Shown one piece after another: positions 1 through 8,059 of a DNA stretch of 30,253 nt. Each line of letters opens with the position of its first letter. Position 1 is the first letter of the stretch. The stretch comes from an uncultured bacterium. GTDB lineage: Bacteria > SAR324 > JACQKK01. Position numbers and translations under genes: made by a program. The notes under the pieces were generated by a model. The model saw nothing but the letters and a program-made list of their open reading frames with translations, was not told where the DNA came from and searched no databases. The DNA lies in assembly GCA_965369935.1 (NCBI GenBank), contig CBDUSX010000001.1, positions 1 to 30,253 of the forward strand, given 5' to 3'.

Positions 1-14
1 TGACTTGTGTCTAT

Positions 15-51
15 CGCCCGCTCCCTGATACGGGGGGCGGGCGTTTTTTTT
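15..51 (+). terminator. Intrinsic (Rho-independent) terminator of a gene upstream of the window
   Basis: Stem CGCCCGCTCCC (15-25) pairs with GGGGGCGGGCG (33-43, one G-U pair) and is followed directly by T8 (44-51). TGA at 1-3 may be the upstream stop codon. Confidence 0.85.
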
Positions 52-92
52 GCCTGTCCGCTGGGGACCATCACCAACCATTCCGAATATTC

Positions 93-116
93 GTAGGGGC
101 GCTTCGCGAAGCGCCC
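93..116. repeat. REP-like palindrome (GTAG tetranucleotide plus perfect 20-bp palindrome)
   Basis: GTAG (93-96) followed by GGGCGCTTCG|CGAAGCGCCC (97-116). Intergenic, just after a terminator. Only one copy seen in the window. Confidence 0.55.
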
Positions 117-300
117 TTGCCGGGAACGGCGCTTGCCGCTGGATTGCGCAGCCTCGTCTTTTTTGCCTCACCCCCCTGACCACTAAAACCCCGTCTTGCG
201 GGAAATCTCCATTCCGGCCGCTGCTGGCGGCTTCTCCAGTTTCCGTCATTGTGTTCCCCGCTTTTCGCGCGAGGTTTTAGTGGTCAGGCGCAATACGAAT

Positions 301-330
301 TTGAATCCCGGGGTGGATTACCGCTATCAT
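301..330 (+). promoter_or_regulatory. Putative sigma70 promoter for the 391..1212 gene
   Basis: TTGAAT (301-306), 18-nt spacer, TATCAT (325-330), 60 nt upstream of the ATG at 391. Confidence 0.45.
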
Positions 331-390
331 GGCCCCTATGGCCGATCACATCGCAAGCATGCCCCCGGGCGCCCCGTCACGGATCATCCC

Positions 391-1212
391 ATGAGCGCCG
401 CCCCCGCCCCGCGCCCCCGTCTTGACGAGGCCCTGCAGCGCCAGTTCGCCGGGCTGATCCTGATGGACCGCGTCATCAACGAGCCGGAGCACTATCACGC
501 CGCCCTGCTGGAGCAGGAGGACGACGAACTGCTGGAGAAGCTGTTCGAGTACCTCTCGGCCGAGGACCTGGTGGAAATCGCGGAGGACGACCACTACCGC
601 CCCACCGAGCGGGGCCGGCAGGCCTACCAGAACATGCTGCACCAGCAGCAGAGCTACCTGGTGCATTTCGACATCTTCGCGCGGGTGGACCTGGCCGATG
701 GGACGTTCGCGGACCTGGACCAGGACTTCCTGGAGGATTCGCGCTGGAACGACCTGCGGGTGGCCGTGGCCGAATACAAGGGCGTGGACATCTACCGCTT
801 GATCTTCCTGGCCATGCTGGCCGAGGGGAAATTCTTCGAAAATCCCGACTGGAAGTTCGATCTGGCCCTGGGCTCCTCGTTCTTCAAGGAGCTGGAGGAA
901 GTGGCCTCCTCGCAGATTTCCGTCGGAGAATTGGGCTACGTGGCGGAGGACGGCGCCCGGGTTTCCGGCGAGGACGTGATCGAGGACGTGATCTTGCAGG
1001 GCTCCAGCGTCAACAAGGAACGCATGGAGCGCGAGCGCGCGCGGCAGCAGTCCCTGCTGAACGAGGAGCAGGAGCAGGCGCGGCGGGACGACGATGACGA
1101 CGGCTACGAGGACCAATGGATGATGGTGCCCTACGACCCCTGGCTGCCCATGGCGGCCTATGCGGGCAGCGCCCTGTTCGTGGAGGCGCTCTGGCTCTCC
1201 GCGTTCTGGTAG
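391..1212 (+). CDS. Hypothetical acidic protein (273 aa) with a possible winged-helix-like N-terminal segment and an aromatic/hydrophobic C-terminal tail
   Basis: Host-like GC-rich codon usage from ATG 391; the longer ORF-track start at 196 crosses promoter-like sequence. LVEIAEDDHYRPTERGRQ resembles a wing plus helix. No family recognised with certainty. Confidence 0.8.
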   Translation: MSAAPAPRPRLDEALQRQFAGLILMDRVINEPEHYHAALLEQEDDELLEKLFEYLSAEDLVEIAEDDHYRPTERGRQAYQNMLHQQQSYLVHFDIFARVDLADGTFADLDQDFLEDSRWNDLRVAVAEYKGVDIYRLIFLAMLAEGKFFENPDWKFDLALGSSFFKELEEVASSQISVGELGYVAEDGARVSGEDVIEDVILQGSSVNKERMERERARQQSLLNEEQEQARRDDDDDGYEDQWMMVPYDPWLPMAAYAGSALFVEALWLSAFW

Positions 1213-1372
1213 TCAGAGGCGCGAGGCAAAGAAATCACCCGCCTTTCCACCCCTTTTGCGGGAGCGGGTACTGCGTCTGTTTCACCACAGTATCAGGCAA
1301 ATCCGCCACACCTCGCCCGCCCCCGTTTCTTCCCTCCAACGCCAAGCCGCTGTTATTCCTTGCGTTTACCAC

Positions 1373-1388
1373 TGGCCCGATAATTGCA
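1373..1388 (+). promoter_or_regulatory. Sigma54 (-24/-12) promoter upstream of lpxC
   Basis: TGGCCCGATAATTGCA versus consensus TGGCACGNNNNTTGCW: one mismatch, with GG (1374-75) and GC (1386-87) at the required spacing. Confidence 0.75.
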
Positions 1389-1578
1389 GTTTTGCTTGAA
1401 ATACAGTGATTGAGATACCCACTGCATTCATCCTTCGTGAGAGGGTCCATGAAGACCCGATTTGGTGAATGCGGCGCATTGCCAGGCGGAAGCGAAGGGC
1501 ACGGGCAGACATAGCCAGAGATCTGGAAAGAGACCCGGAATTCAGACAAAGATATAGCGACAGAGAAAGACCTCCACC

Positions 1579-2460
1579 ATGCAGCAGCAAACTTTGAGGA
1601 CTCCCTGCCACATTCATGGGATCGGCCTCCATTCCGGCAACAACGTCACCATCAGCCTCTTGCCCGCGCCCGCCGATACGGGCATCACCTTCCGGGTCAA
1701 CAACGGCCAACGCCAGGTGGAAATCCCCGCCAAGGCCGAATTCGTGGTGCACACCAACAACAGCACCAGCCTGGGCCGGGACGGCATGGAAATCGGAACG
1801 GTCGAGCATGTGCTGGCCGCCCTGAGAGGCCTGGGGATAGACAACGCGGTCATTTTCACCCAGGGCACGGAAATCCCGGCCATGGATGGTTCCGCGCTGC
1901 CCTTCGTGGCCCGCATCATGGAAGTGGGCCACCAGCTTCAGGGCGCGCCCAGGCGCTCCATCAGGATCACGGCCCCCATCGAGGTGCGGGACGGGGACAA
2001 GTTCGCGGGGCTCTATCCGGCGCCCGCGCCCATGTTCGCCTTCACCATTGATTTTCCCCATCCCGTCGTGCGCCGCCAGTCCCTCAAGCTGCGCCTGAGC
2101 CCGCAAAACTTCGTGTCCGAAGTGGCCAAGGCCCGCACTTTCGGCTTCGAGGAAGACCTGCAGACCCTGCACGCCAAGGGTCTTGCCCTGGGGGCGAGCC
2201 TGGACAACGCGGTGGGACTGGGCCGGGACGGCAGCGTACTCAACGGCGACGGCCTGCGCTTCGCCGACGAGTTCGTGCGCCACAAGATTCTCGACGCCAT
2301 CGGGGACCTCTCCCTGTTGGGCTATCCCGTGCTGGGCGAGTACCGTGGCATCAAGTCGGGCCACTCCCTCAATCTCAAGCTGATGCGGAGCCTGGCCGAG
2401 CATCCCAGGCACTGGGAAGTCATTTCCGACGCCGATCTGCTGGAGGCCAAGGCCGTCTGA
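1579..2460 (+). CDS. lpxC: UDP-3-O-acyl-N-acetylglucosamine deacetylase (lipid A biosynthesis)
   Basis: Motifs GIGLHSG, TVEHVLAAL, EIPAMDGSA, ARTFGF, RHKILDAIGDL and SGH (zinc ligands and catalytic residues). Confidence 0.98.
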   Translation: MQQQTLRTPCHIHGIGLHSGNNVTISLLPAPADTGITFRVNNGQRQVEIPAKAEFVVHTNNSTSLGRDGMEIGTVEHVLAALRGLGIDNAVIFTQGTEIPAMDGSALPFVARIMEVGHQLQGAPRRSIRITAPIEVRDGDKFAGLYPAPAPMFAFTIDFPHPVVRRQSLKLRLSPQNFVSEVAKARTFGFEEDLQTLHAKGLALGASLDNAVGLGRDGSVLNGDGLRFADEFVRHKILDAIGDLSLLGYPVLGEYRGIKSGHSLNLKLMRSLAEHPRHWEVISDADLLEAKAV

Positions 2461-2647
2461 TCCGGCCCCCGCCCCGGCTGTCCCCCCCCACTCCGCCCGC
2501 ATTCCCGCGCCTCCGCGCTTCTCTTCTCCCGTCGCAAACGCGCCGGGCATGCTGTACAATTGCGGCATACCTGAATCGGCTCCAGAGACACCAGCTCCTT
2601 GAGATGGTGCAATCACCGGTGGACAAGGGGCCGGGAGAGGACTTCGC

Positions 2648-3073
2648 ATGGTGCGCGCACACGACGATATGCTTGCGGGCGTGCTGGAGACGGAGCACCG
2701 GCCTTCCGGGGCCTTCGACGACAGCAAGGCCCTGGTGCGGGCCGCCGAGGCCATGGCGCCGGTGCCCGTCAATTTGCGGGAATTCGCCCCCTTCATTCCC
2801 GCGGGAACGCAGGAGCCCCTGGCCGATTACTTCCGCTTCGCCCTGCTGGGCGTGAGCGTGGGCTTTGCCGAGCGCCATCTTTCGCCCTACCTGCGGGAGC
2901 ACCTGGAAATCATCCCCCCGCTGCTGGAGGACATCCGCGCGGTCTTCGAACGGCTCGAAGCCGCCCACTCCCCCTACGATCCGGACGAGTTCCGCTTCCG
3001 GGCCTACGACTACGGCGTTCACAAGGCCTGCTACCTGGACTGGCGGCTCTATCTGTCCAGGGACATGTATTAG
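2648..3073 (+). CDS. Hypothetical protein (141 aa, predicted helical)
   Basis: AGAGGA RBS 6 nt before ATG 2648 and host-like codon usage. A TACAAT -10-like hexamer lies at 2555-2560. Confidence 0.75.
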   Translation: MVRAHDDMLAGVLETEHRPSGAFDDSKALVRAAEAMAPVPVNLREFAPFIPAGTQEPLADYFRFALLGVSVGFAERHLSPYLREHLEIIPPLLEDIRAVFERLEAAHSPYDPDEFRFRAYDYGVHKACYLDWRLYLSRDMY

Positions 3074-3104
3074 CCTCTGTCTGAAAAAACAGATTGCGGG
3101 GGAA

Positions 3105-3142
3105 GAAACGCGCGACACGCAAGCGTTTCGGGGCAACGCCCC
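3105..3142. terminator. Tandem hairpins between convergent genes (possible bidirectional terminator)
   Basis: GAAACGC...GCGTTTC (3105-3129) and GGGGC-AAC-GCCCC (3130-3142). No clear U-tract. Confidence 0.3.
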
Positions 3143-3177
3143 CCAAAGGCACTAAGAGTGCGGCGCCGGGCGCGGCC

Positions 3178-3918
3178 TCACTCCAGGGTATGGATGGTGA
3201 CGGCGGGGAGCTGCCCTTCCTCCAACTCGATCATCAGGTAGGTGCCCTTGCTGTCTTTCGAGATGGGGATGGGCGCACCGCTGTAAAACGCGGCGGTGCT
3301 CTCGCGGGACACGTCCAGCAGGGCGTGGTGGTGCCCCAGGGCGATATAGTCGTAGCCGCTGTTCCCGATCTCCGCCGCCTCCACGGGAGAGGAGCGGTAG
3401 CCGTTGCCCTCGTTGCCCACGTAAATGCCGTGGCCCAGGGCCAGGTTCCACAATCCGGGGCGCGGAGCGGGCAGTCCCCCCAGGGGCCGGTACTGCGGGG
3501 TGTGCTCCACCATGGCCTTGCCCCACACGAACGCCCCCAATTCCGGGAACTCCCGCGACTCGCCGTCCGCCGAGAGCAGCATCTCCACGTTGGGCAGGCG
3601 GGAGAAATCGTGGCGGTGGAAGATGCCGCCGGGCTCCAGGCAGTCGTGATTGCCGGGAATCATCACCACCGGCCAGGGCAGCGCGGAGAGCAGCTCCATC
3701 GTCCATTCGATCGTGTCCCGCGAGGCGCGGTTGGAGTCGAACAGGTCCCCCGGCAGCATCAGCAGTTGCGGCGCCTGCTTCCTGAGCTTCTCCAGCAGGG
3801 CCAGGAAAACACCGCGGCAATAGTCCCGCGAGACCAGGTCTTCCTCGCCGCCGAAATAGTCCGTATCCAGGTGGATGTCCGAGGCATGGGCGATGCGCAG
3901 GGGGGCTCTGGCGGTCAT
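3178..3918 (-). CDS. Calcineurin-like metallophosphoesterase, SbcD/Mre11-like catalytic domain (246 aa)
   Basis: All five motifs present: SDIH, GDLFD, GNHD, GHG, GHHH. The start ATG overlaps the upstream stop (ATGA). Confidence 0.9.
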   Translation of the reverse strand: MTARAPLRIAHASDIHLDTDYFGGEEDLVSRDYCRGVFLALLEKLRKQAPQLLMLPGDLFDSNRASRDTIEWTMELLSALPWPVVMIPGNHDCLEPGGIFHRHDFSRLPNVEMLLSADGESREFPELGAFVWGKAMVEHTPQYRPLGGLPAPRPGLWNLALGHGIYVGNEGNGYRSSPVEAAEIGNSGYDYIALGHHHALLDVSRESTAAFYSGAPIPISKDSKGTYLMIELEEGQLPAVTIHTLE

Positions 3919-4766
3919 GGGGCGCCGGAGAGGAAGCGCCCCACGCTTTCGGCGAAGGCGGCGGGCTGCTCGGTGAACAGGGCGTGGCCGGCGTTTGCGA
4001 TGCCCTCCAGCCGGCAGTCGGCCATTTCCGCGGCCATGCGCGCGGCGATCTCCGGGGTCACCACCTTGCTGTTCTCGCCCCGCAGCAGGAGGGTCGGGCA
4101 GGCGATGGTCTTCACCGCCTCCCACAGATCCCACTCGCGTTTGCCCGGCGCCGGGCGGGGCGCGATACCCAGGGAGGGGTCGTACTTCCAGGTCAGGCGG
4201 CCGTCCGGGTTTTCCCGCATGCCGTGCACCACGCTTTCCTCGATCATGTCCCGTGGCGCCTGCTTGAGAATGGCGCCCAGATAGACGATGGCCTCCTCGT
4301 GGGAGGCGAAGTCCTGGGGCGGAGGGGTTTCGGTGATGCGGGAGAAATCCTGCCGGCTGATGGGGTTGGGCAGCCCCGCGCCCATGTCCACCAGCACCAG
4401 CTTTTCCACCCGCTCCGGATGGAGATGGGCATACAGCATCGCCGTGCGTGCGCCCAGGGAGTGGCCGATCAGCATCACCCGCTCCAGTCCGCACGCTTCC
4501 AGCACCCCGCACAGGTCCTCGTAATAGGTATGCAGGTGATAGTCCCCCTCGGGCGACCATGCGCTGTCCCCGTGGCCGCGGGCGTCCAGCGCCAGCACGC
4601 GGTAGTCTCCGCGATATCTGCGGGCGAAGTCGCCCCAGCAATGGGCGTGCAGGCGGATGCCGTGCAGCAGCACCACCGGCGTGCGCCCGGCGCCGCCCCA
4701 GTCCAGGTGATGCAGGCGCAGGCCGTTGACCTCGACGAATTGGCTGGCGGGGGAGGGGTCGCTCAT
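3915..4766 (-). CDS. Alpha/beta-fold hydrolase (283 aa)
   Basis: LLHG oxyanion segment, DARGHGDS, GHSLG nucleophile elbow, C-terminal AGH catalytic His. Confidence 0.92.
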   Translation of the reverse strand: MSDPSPASQFVEVNGLRLHHLDWGGAGRTPVVLLHGIRLHAHCWGDFARRYRGDYRVLALDARGHGDSAWSPEGDYHLHTYYEDLCGVLEACGLERVMLIGHSLGARTAMLYAHLHPERVEKLVLVDMGAGLPNPISRQDFSRITETPPPQDFASHEEAIVYLGAILKQAPRDMIEESVVHGMRENPDGRLTWKYDPSLGIAPRPAPGKREWDLWEAVKTIACPTLLLRGENSKVVTPEIAARMAAEMADCRLEGIANAGHALFTEQPAAFAESVGRFLSGAP

Positions 4767-4832
4767 GAAGGGCGCATCTTCCGATCTATCGCTCAAGCGG
4801 ATCGCTCAAATAAGGCGGTAAAAGAAGCAAAT

Positions 4833-6884
4833 CTACCAGAGTTTTTGCAGTTCGTTAATGTTTTCCGTCGTTCCCAGCAGCACCAGCACGTCACCGTCCC
4901 GGATGGAGTCGCTGCTCTCAGGCACCCACACCTTTCTGCCTGCTTCCTCTCCCCCCTCGCCGGGCCGCTTGATGGCCAGCACGTTCACGCCGAAGCGGTT
5001 GCGCAAGTCCAGTTCCCGTAGCGGCTTGCCGGCAAAGTCGTGGGGGGCCTCCAGCTCGATGATGCCATAGCCGTCCATCACGTTCACGGTCTCCATGCGA
5101 TGGGGATGGTTGATGCCGTAGGCGAAGGTGTCCCCCGCGCTCTGCTTGATCATCTCGCGCTGGTAGGCGTCCATCAGGTCGCCCTTGTGGACGATGCCCA
5201 GCACGTGGCGCTCCTTCAGATCGTCCACCACGTAGAGTTCCCGGCAGCTGCGCTCGCGGAAGACGTGGATCACCTGGTCCAGGGTCTGGTTGGGCAGGGC
5301 CGTGGGAGCTTCGGGGGTCGCCACGTCCCTGGCGATCACCATGTCGGTGAGCAGGTTCCTGTCCGCCAGGAATTTCTGCGCCACGTCGCGGGTCACCGTG
5401 CCCACCATGCGCCCCTCGCCGTCCACCACGGGAATGCGCGAGCGGGCCGTTTGCAGCAGCAGGTCGATCAGGGCGTCGAAGGGCATGTCCTGGGGCGCCT
5501 TGGCGAATTCGGTGCGCATCATGTCGGAGACCCGCACCTTCTTCAACAGGTTGGTTTCCATGCCCTGCTGCAGCTCGATGCCCTTGCGCCGCAGCTTGTG
5601 GGTGTAGATGGAGTCCCGGTACAGGTAGGCCGCGGTGAGCACGGCGATGATGGTGCTGATCATCAGCGGCAGGATGATCTTGTAATCGTTGGTCAGTTCG
5701 AAAATGATCACGATGGCCGTGATCGGCGCGTGGGTGGCGGCGCCCACCATGGCCGCCATTCCCACCAGGGAATAAGCCCCGCTGCTCGCAGTGAGGCCTG
5801 GGGCCACGAATTTGGCCAGCTTGCCCACCACGCCCCCCAGCATGGCCCCCATGAACAGGGAGGGCGCGAATATGCCCCCGGAGCCGCCGGAAGCCAGGGT
5901 GATGGTGGTGGCCAGCAGCTTGGCAAAGCTCAGGGCCAGCATCAGCAGCAGGGGCAGTTGCCCGTGCAGCACCTCGGTAATCGTGCCGTAGCCCACGCCG
6001 AACACTTGGGGCAGCACCAGCCCGATCGCCCCCACCAGCAGACCTCCCAGCGCCGGGCGCACGGCCTCGTGCAGGGGCACGTGCTTCTCGAAGGCCCGCT
6101 CCATCTTGTCCAGGGTGCGGATGAACAGCACCGCAGCAATGCCGCAGATCAGCCCCAGACCCACGTAGAACAACAGCTCCACCGGGTTGGCCAGCTCATA
6201 GGCCGGCACGTCGAACGAGGCGAAATCGCCCTCCACGCCGCGGGAGATGACCGTGGCGATGACGGAACTGGTCATGATCGGAGCGAGCTGGGCGAATCCG
6301 AAATCCCCCAGAATCACCTCCACGGCGAACAGGCCGCCCGCGATGGGCGCGTTGAAGGTGGCCGCGATGCCCGCCGCCGCTCCGCAGGCCACGAAGGTGC
6401 GCATCAGCCGGGGCGGCACGTGCAGCAGGTGGCCCAGGATGGAGCCTATGGTGGAGCCGATCTGGACAATCGGCCCCTCCCGCCCCACCGATCCGCCCGA
6501 ACTGATGCTCACCGCCGAGGCGAAGGACTTGATCCACACCACCCGCGCGCGGATGAAGCCGCCGCTCCGAATGACCGCGGCCATCACTTCCGGCACGCCG
6601 TGGCCGCGCGCTTCCCGGGCGAAGCGGTAGATCACCGGCCCCACGATCAGCCCCCCCACCGCGGGCGCCAGCAGAACGCCGGGCCAGCCCATCCCCAGCG
6701 CCTGCCCGCTCCACCGGGCGAAGCTCCCGAAGAACTCGCCGAAGCCCTCGATCAGGTAGCGGAAACCCAGGGCTCCCAGCCCGCCCGCCACGCCGATGGC
6801 GAAGGCCACCAGCAGGGTGAACAGCCGCTCATGGGCCATGAATCTGCGCAGGTGGGTCTGGGAGAAAAAGACGAGGCGTTTCAT
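4833..6884 (-). CDS. CLC-family anion channel/transporter with a CBS pair and a C-terminal RCK_C (TrkA_C) domain
   Basis: GHGVPE, GGSVGREGP, FNAPIAG, GGSGGIFAP and SIYT motifs; many TM helices; CBS-like region; C-terminal FAGKPLRELDLRNRFGVNVLAIKR...DGDVLVLLG. Alternative start at 6839. Confidence 0.95.
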   Translation of the reverse strand: MKRLVFFSQTHLRRFMAHERLFTLLVAFAIGVAGGLGALGFRYLIEGFGEFFGSFARWSGQALGMGWPGVLLAPAVGGLIVGPVIYRFAREARGHGVPEVMAAVIRSGGFIRARVVWIKSFASAVSISSGGSVGREGPIVQIGSTIGSILGHLLHVPPRLMRTFVACGAAAGIAATFNAPIAGGLFAVEVILGDFGFAQLAPIMTSSVIATVISRGVEGDFASFDVPAYELANPVELLFYVGLGLICGIAAVLFIRTLDKMERAFEKHVPLHEAVRPALGGLLVGAIGLVLPQVFGVGYGTITEVLHGQLPLLLMLALSFAKLLATTITLASGGSGGIFAPSLFMGAMLGGVVGKLAKFVAPGLTASSGAYSLVGMAAMVGAATHAPITAIVIIFELTNDYKIILPLMISTIIAVLTAAYLYRDSIYTHKLRRKGIELQQGMETNLLKKVRVSDMMRTEFAKAPQDMPFDALIDLLLQTARSRIPVVDGEGRMVGTVTRDVAQKFLADRNLLTDMVIARDVATPEAPTALPNQTLDQVIHVFRERSCRELYVVDDLKERHVLGIVHKGDLMDAYQREMIKQSAGDTFAYGINHPHRMETVNVMDGYGIIELEAPHDFAGKPLRELDLRNRFGVNVLAIKRPGEGGEEAGRKVWVPESSDSIRDGDVLVLLGTTENINELQKLW

Positions 6885-6902
6885 CGGGACCGGGATCGCC
6901 GG

Positions 6903-6930
6903 GGCAGAGTCATCGCGGCAGAGTCATCGG
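6903..6930. repeat. 14-bp tandem direct repeat upstream of the CLC gene
   Basis: GGCAGAGTCATCGC (6903-6916) and GGCAGAGTCATCGG (6917-6930), plus a degenerate third unit at 6931-6945. Confidence 0.7.
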
Positions 6931-7060
6931 GCCACGGATCATCGTGCCGGCGGCTTGTTGCACGCTGCGCGGGCCGCCGCCCACTCACGGGCGCCGCGGC
7001 CTGCGGCATGGGCCTCCACGGCGCACCCTGCGCCGTGGCAAAAATTTGGCGGCGGCGGCG

Positions 7061-7816
7061 TTACACCGCGGGTTGCTCCTGCGCCTCACGGCGCAACCCT
7101 TCCCCCTTCAGAGACCCTTGCAGGAATTTTTGCAAGAATTCCTGCAGAAACTCCCGGTGCGGCAATTCCGCCAGGGAAGCCAGGCCGGCTTCCACCACCT
7201 GCGGCGGCAACTGCCCGCGGCGCCGGGAGATAATTTCCCTCACTTCCTCGTTGTCCATCTCCGGGTGGCCCTGCAGGCACAACACCCGCGGGCCCAGATG
7301 GTATATTTCGTACTCTGTCCTGGCGCTGGAGGCCAGCCGCAAGGCCCCCGGCGGCAGGCGGGTCACCACGTCCTGGTGGGTCTCCAGAATGCGCAGGGGC
7401 CGGGGCGCATCCGCCAGGCCGCCGTATGCCCCGCTTTCCGGCGTAAGCTCCAGTGCGGTGAGCCCAAGGTCCCAGCCCTGGGGATTGACCCCCACCTCGC
7501 CGCCCAGGGCCTTGGCCACCACCTGATGGCCCAGGCATATGCCGAGCAGCATCACGCCGCTCCGGTGAGCCTCGCGCACGGTGTCCAGCAGGCGCAACAT
7601 CCACGGTTCCTCATCGTAGGCGGAGGCCCGGCCGCCGGTGATGACGAGTCCGTCGTATTCGGCCAGGCGCTCGGGAAACTCGCCGTGCTCCACGTCGTGC
7701 ACGTCCCAGCGGTCATCGGGCCGGGACAGCAAGCTGACGAACATCGCGTCCGTGTCGCCGATGCGCTCCCGCGCCGCACGGGTGGCCCGGCCTGCCTTGA
7801 GCACCGAGAACCTCAT
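7061..7816 (-). CDS. Standalone class I glutamine amidotransferase-like protein (GMP-synthase/gamma-glutamyl-peptidase-like, 251 aa)
   Basis: DGLVITGG, GICLGHQ (catalytic Cys), HQD and QGHPE (His-Glu). No synthase domain attached. Confidence 0.92.
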   Translation of the reverse strand: MRFSVLKAGRATRAARERIGDTDAMFVSLLSRPDDRWDVHDVEHGEFPERLAEYDGLVITGGRASAYDEEPWMLRLLDTVREAHRSGVMLLGICLGHQVVAKALGGEVGVNPQGWDLGLTALELTPESGAYGGLADAPRPLRILETHQDVVTRLPPGALRLASSARTEYEIYHLGPRVLCLQGHPEMDNEEVREIISRRRGQLPPQVVEAGLASLAELPHREFLQEFLQKFLQGSLKGEGLRREAQEQPAV

Positions 7817-7898
7817 GCGGCCGGCCGCGCCTTGCCGGGGGTGCTTCCGGAAGCCCCGATGCAGGGGCGGAATCTCTTGGCTGCGGATGAGTAAACCA

Positions 7899-7940
7899 TT
7901 GCTCAACAAACGAATATCATTTATAAAATATCAATTGCAT
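7899..7940. promoter_or_regulatory. AT-rich divergent promoter region
   Basis: Sharp AT-rich patch between divergent genes. TTGCTC-N17-TATAAA at 7899-7927 on the + strand. Confidence 0.35.
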
Positions 7941-8059
7941 GAGGAAACAGGTCAGGCTGCTTTTCCTTACAGATCACGCTTCCTCAGCGGCTCCATCGGC
8001 GGCAGCCAGCCTGATTCGGTTGTGTACCATTCTTGCCGAGGCAGGAGCAAATTTTCCGG

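Noticed and set aside
1449-1514. 21-codon upstream ORF (MKTRFGECGALPGGSEGHGQT) in the lpxC leader
   Set aside because: Poorly spaced RBS, no informative composition and no attenuator structure seen.
2461-2530. C-rich tract after lpxC; the minus strand fits a G-quadruplex pattern
   Set aside because: Such runs are expected at this GC content. A Rho-loading region is a simpler explanation, and neither can be shown from sequence alone.
7110-7155. 12-bp periodic repeat encoding EFLQ-EFLQ-KFLQ
   Set aside because: It is coding sequence for an amphipathic terminal helix, not an independent element.
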